Source: Bilabrum cf. latius
Taxonomy: Eukaryota
Length of the DNA stretch: 64,000 nucleotides
Assembly: GCA_965178125.1 (NCBI GenBank)
Contig: OZ237749.1
Location: 62,001-126,000 of the forward strand
Direction of reading: 5' to 3'
A program made the position numbers and the translations under genes. Within the stretch, counting starts at the first letter, position 1; each line of letters begins with the position of its first letter. Shown piece after piece: positions 61,201 through 64,000 of the stretch. Below the pieces are notes generated by a model. That model did not search any database. It was not told where the DNA came from and saw nothing but the letters and a program-made list of their open reading frames with translations.

Positions 61201-64000
61201 AACTCCCACTCCGCGTTGTCCTAGCAAGGCTCAGCAGTGGAAGCTGCAACCGCTGCCAGGGCTTGGGCCTCTGCCAGGCTAGCTTGGACGCGCCAGGATT
61301 TCTGCCGATCCTCCATCATGTCGCGTACATCATTCAGCCTACTCACGGTCCTAGCCATCTCGATCATGCGGTTGAGCAGCTGTTGCTCCGAGGTGCCTGC
61401 CACTCGCTGCACGTGGGCGAGTTCCCTCAGCATCGAGGTAAACCCTGTGACTAGTGCGCCTGCTAGCACCACCCCGTCTCCAGTGTGCTTCACGGCCGAC
61501 TGGTCTTAGGCGTCCATCACCCCGACGGCCGTCTCGTCACGTGCATCATCAAGCATCGACGAAGGATCGCGCGGTTGCTCACCTGCGACTGCATCTGCAA
61601 CACTGGCTGGTTGCTTTGCTGCAAGGTGGTCGTCTGGCCCAGGACCGTGCAGACAAGCCTTGTGGGACTGCTCCCAATCGGATACGACTGCCGATACTGC
61701 ATCTACAGATTCGTCGGACCACTCGATTGGCTGCAGCCCTCGGCAGGCGAAACCTCTTGCCAACACGCAGCAAGCACGCCACTTCATATGGGCCGGTGCA
61801 TCGTCCTTGAAGCCCTTTTCACCCTTCAATCGAGAATCTCCAGACGAGATGACAGCAGCGAATGCGATCGAGGTAGTGGAAGAAGGGGCTGGCATGGAGC
61901 ACGCCGCGATCGCGGGCGCAAGCAGCTGCTCCCAACCGTCCTCATCATCGAGACTTCCCGAAGGACTAGCTTCGGCGTTTCCTGCCTGGTCACTGGCGCC
62001 TGCAGCAAGTACCTGATACAGCAGGCCTACATGGCGCAGGTTCAGCCCGTGGCTGTGCAGTGCGCGCTTGATAGCTCGTCGGAGACTGCGAGCATCAGCG
62101 CGAAGTGGCCCACCATGCGCTGCACTGCCACTGGAAGTCTTGGCTGCATTGCGAGAATTCCTTAGCTATCCAAGCGCTGCGCATGCAGACGCTGCAGCTT
62201 GTTGCAGGTTTGTTGGTCCAGTCAGAAGCTCGCAGACAGCAAACGCCCGTCGTTTCTCAGCCTCCAGCGTCTATGGAGTGCACCGACCTAGCATGAAAGC
62301 ATCAGGGCTCACTCTGTCAGGAACATCTACCTTGTCTGCTGCAGCGAGTCGCTCCAGGTGCTTCTTCACGTCCGGCCGAAGCATGCAGGTCAAAACGCCA
62401 GTCCCGCCGAAGTACCACGCAGGACAGGATGCGACGAAGACTGCACGCTTGCCCGAGCTGTGCCTGCCGTGCATGACCACGCAGCCGCACCCCCGATGCA
62501 CCCCAACAATGCAGACCTCCGCGCCCTTTCTGTCCGCTGCTGAGCTGGTCGACTGTAGAACGCCCTCTTCGGAAGCCGCTGCAGCGCTGCAAAGATGCTT
62601 GGTCGGGCTCCACACGCTCGACACAGCGTCGGCAATGGCCTTAGCAGAACCGCCCCCGGCGTCGAGGCACCTCTTCAGCGATGCCGGCAGCCGGGCATGG
62701 AACATTCTAGGAGCCCACGATGCCGTTTCCTCCTCTTCCTCCACTCCAAATACAACAGGTGCTGTGCCGGGGTCTTTCTTGGCTGCCTGTATCCAGGCCA
62801 TGTCTGGGATCAGCAGCCGGTGCGTGTCCAGCACCACCCTCTCCCCAGTGCCGAGCTGGTGGACCTCCACGTCGAACGGGAGCACCTAGGCGACACCTTC
62901 CGGCGCGACCGGGCCATCGTAGCAGCGGGCTTGGGGAGAGCCCCGATAGAACTCGATGACTGTGCCAAGGTTAGCGCCTGATCGAAGGACTAGATCGGAG
63001 TGGTTGACCTTCCCGACCTCTTCACTGACGCTCGAGTCCGGATTCTAGAATTCCTCCTCCTCATTGGAAGCTGTGCTATCCGATATTGCATCGTGTGACT
63101 CTTGCGGAGCGCATGGATCCGTCAATCGGCTGATGCACAACGGCGACAGGCCCATGGCTCGCAGTATATCTGCAGTGGTTGGATAGTCAGTCCGCCGGTC
63201 CAGAGCCTCGAGCACCTCGCACAAAGTGGCTTCAGCTCCCGTTTCGGAGTCCTTTTCCAACACGTGCCTACTTGCATGTCCATCTCGGTCCTCAATGCCA
63301 GAATCACCGGGGCCACTTGCAGCCGTGCCAGCTGCTGATTCGACCGCGGCTGTGGCTAGCCCACTACTGCCAGCATCATCACCCGCAGCTGAGACAGGCT
63401 CCACCTCAACCCAGTGCTTCACCCAGCAAGAGGCACTCTAGTAGCCCCCATCCAGAGCCTTCAGGTGGAAGTGCTCGGCCAGGGGCAGCACCACGGCCTC
63501 GTCCTGCTCCTTGTCAACGTGCATCGTGTGGCCGCCGTCTGCAGAGCCGCAGCACAGCGTTGACTGGCACATCCACGACTGTCATCAGCGGGGTGTTGAA
63601 GTGCACGGTGTCGATCGCGTGCACGGCCGCCGCCGCGTTCACCTCCAGCTTGGTCGCTTTCGCCGCCAGCTCGTCACTCGGGTAGATGCCCAACCCATTG
63701 TCGGGAATCTTAAGGAATAGCCCGTGGCCTTCGTGCAGTGCCTTTGTGCCTCCTGCCATGCCGGAGGGGGCGGTGATGATCTTGATGCCCGCATGCAGCA
63801 CCTCGATGGAGCTGCCTTCGGCTGCGTGACGCCGCATGGCGGCAGGAAGGAGCAATGCGGCCTCCACCGCATCCTGCCTAAATTGATCCCCTACGGCTAG
63901 GATAGTCGCTGCTCTGGCCTGCGCTTCATACTTGTCTGCGGCGATGCGTTGCTTGGCGGCCACAAGCGCCGTCCACGGCGACCTGCCGGCTGGGCCCGTG
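58245..64000 (-). pseudogene. Large helical-repeat (TPR/kinesin-light-chain-like) protein gene, probably degenerate; 5' end beyond the window
   Basis: Ten track pieces from 58245 to 63422 share one frame joined by TAG, with one in-frame TAA at 61506 and a frame change near 63560. TPR-like segments include GRYTEAVAAHEEMMSL and LGNTDRAVEAYADC. Confidence 0.55.

Noticed and set aside
1-64000. TAGs as 3' ends of small in-frame introns, as pyrrolysine, or as programmed leaky readthrough
   Set aside because: Many TAG contexts lack a suitable GT donor, TAGs sit at conserved Gln positions, tandem TAG-TAG occurs, and the number per gene is too high for leaky readthrough. Pyrrolysine is not known in eukaryotes.
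1-64000. Bacterial or phage origin (TAG=Gln phages exist)
   Set aside because: Phase-consistent spliceosomal introns and eukaryote-specific genes (PXMP4, PUB/UBA, HECT with RanBP2 finger, KKxx signal) are present. No operon, rRNA, tRNA or CRISPR signal was recognised.

Overview
Compact, GC-rich eukaryotic nuclear DNA (short GT-AG introns, Ala/Gly/Ser low-complexity inserts, intergenic gaps often only 70-300 bp; the style suggests a heterotrophic protist such as a bicosoecid-like stramenopile, but that is inference). The key signal is a non-standard nuclear genetic code. Almost every gene is chopped by in-frame TAG in the standard-code ORF track, yet the pieces stay in one frame, and genes end at TGA (once TAA-TGA). 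TAG falls on conserved Gln positions in PXMP4, the long-chain acyl-CoA synthetase and a retrotransposon endonuclease, so UAG appears to encode Gln while UAA is essentially absent from intact coding frames. Read that way, the window holds: a >5,800-aa secreted cadherin-like/Ig-repeat protein running off the left edge, a TLC-domain protein, a TPR plus TMEM33-like protein, a divergent chondroitin-synthase-like type II membrane protein, a thioredoxin-like/UBA/PUB protein, a ~3,640-aa HECT E3 ligase, a long-chain acyl-CoA synthetase, a ~2,030-aa orphan, a secreted clan GH-A glycoside hydrolase, PXMP4 and an LPCAT-type acyltransferase. The decayed right-hand region contains two tandem 5'-truncated RLE-type (CRE-like) non-LTR retrotransposon copies at one target site and a degenerate TPR-like gene. 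All coordinates, counts and family calls were made by eye without database searches.
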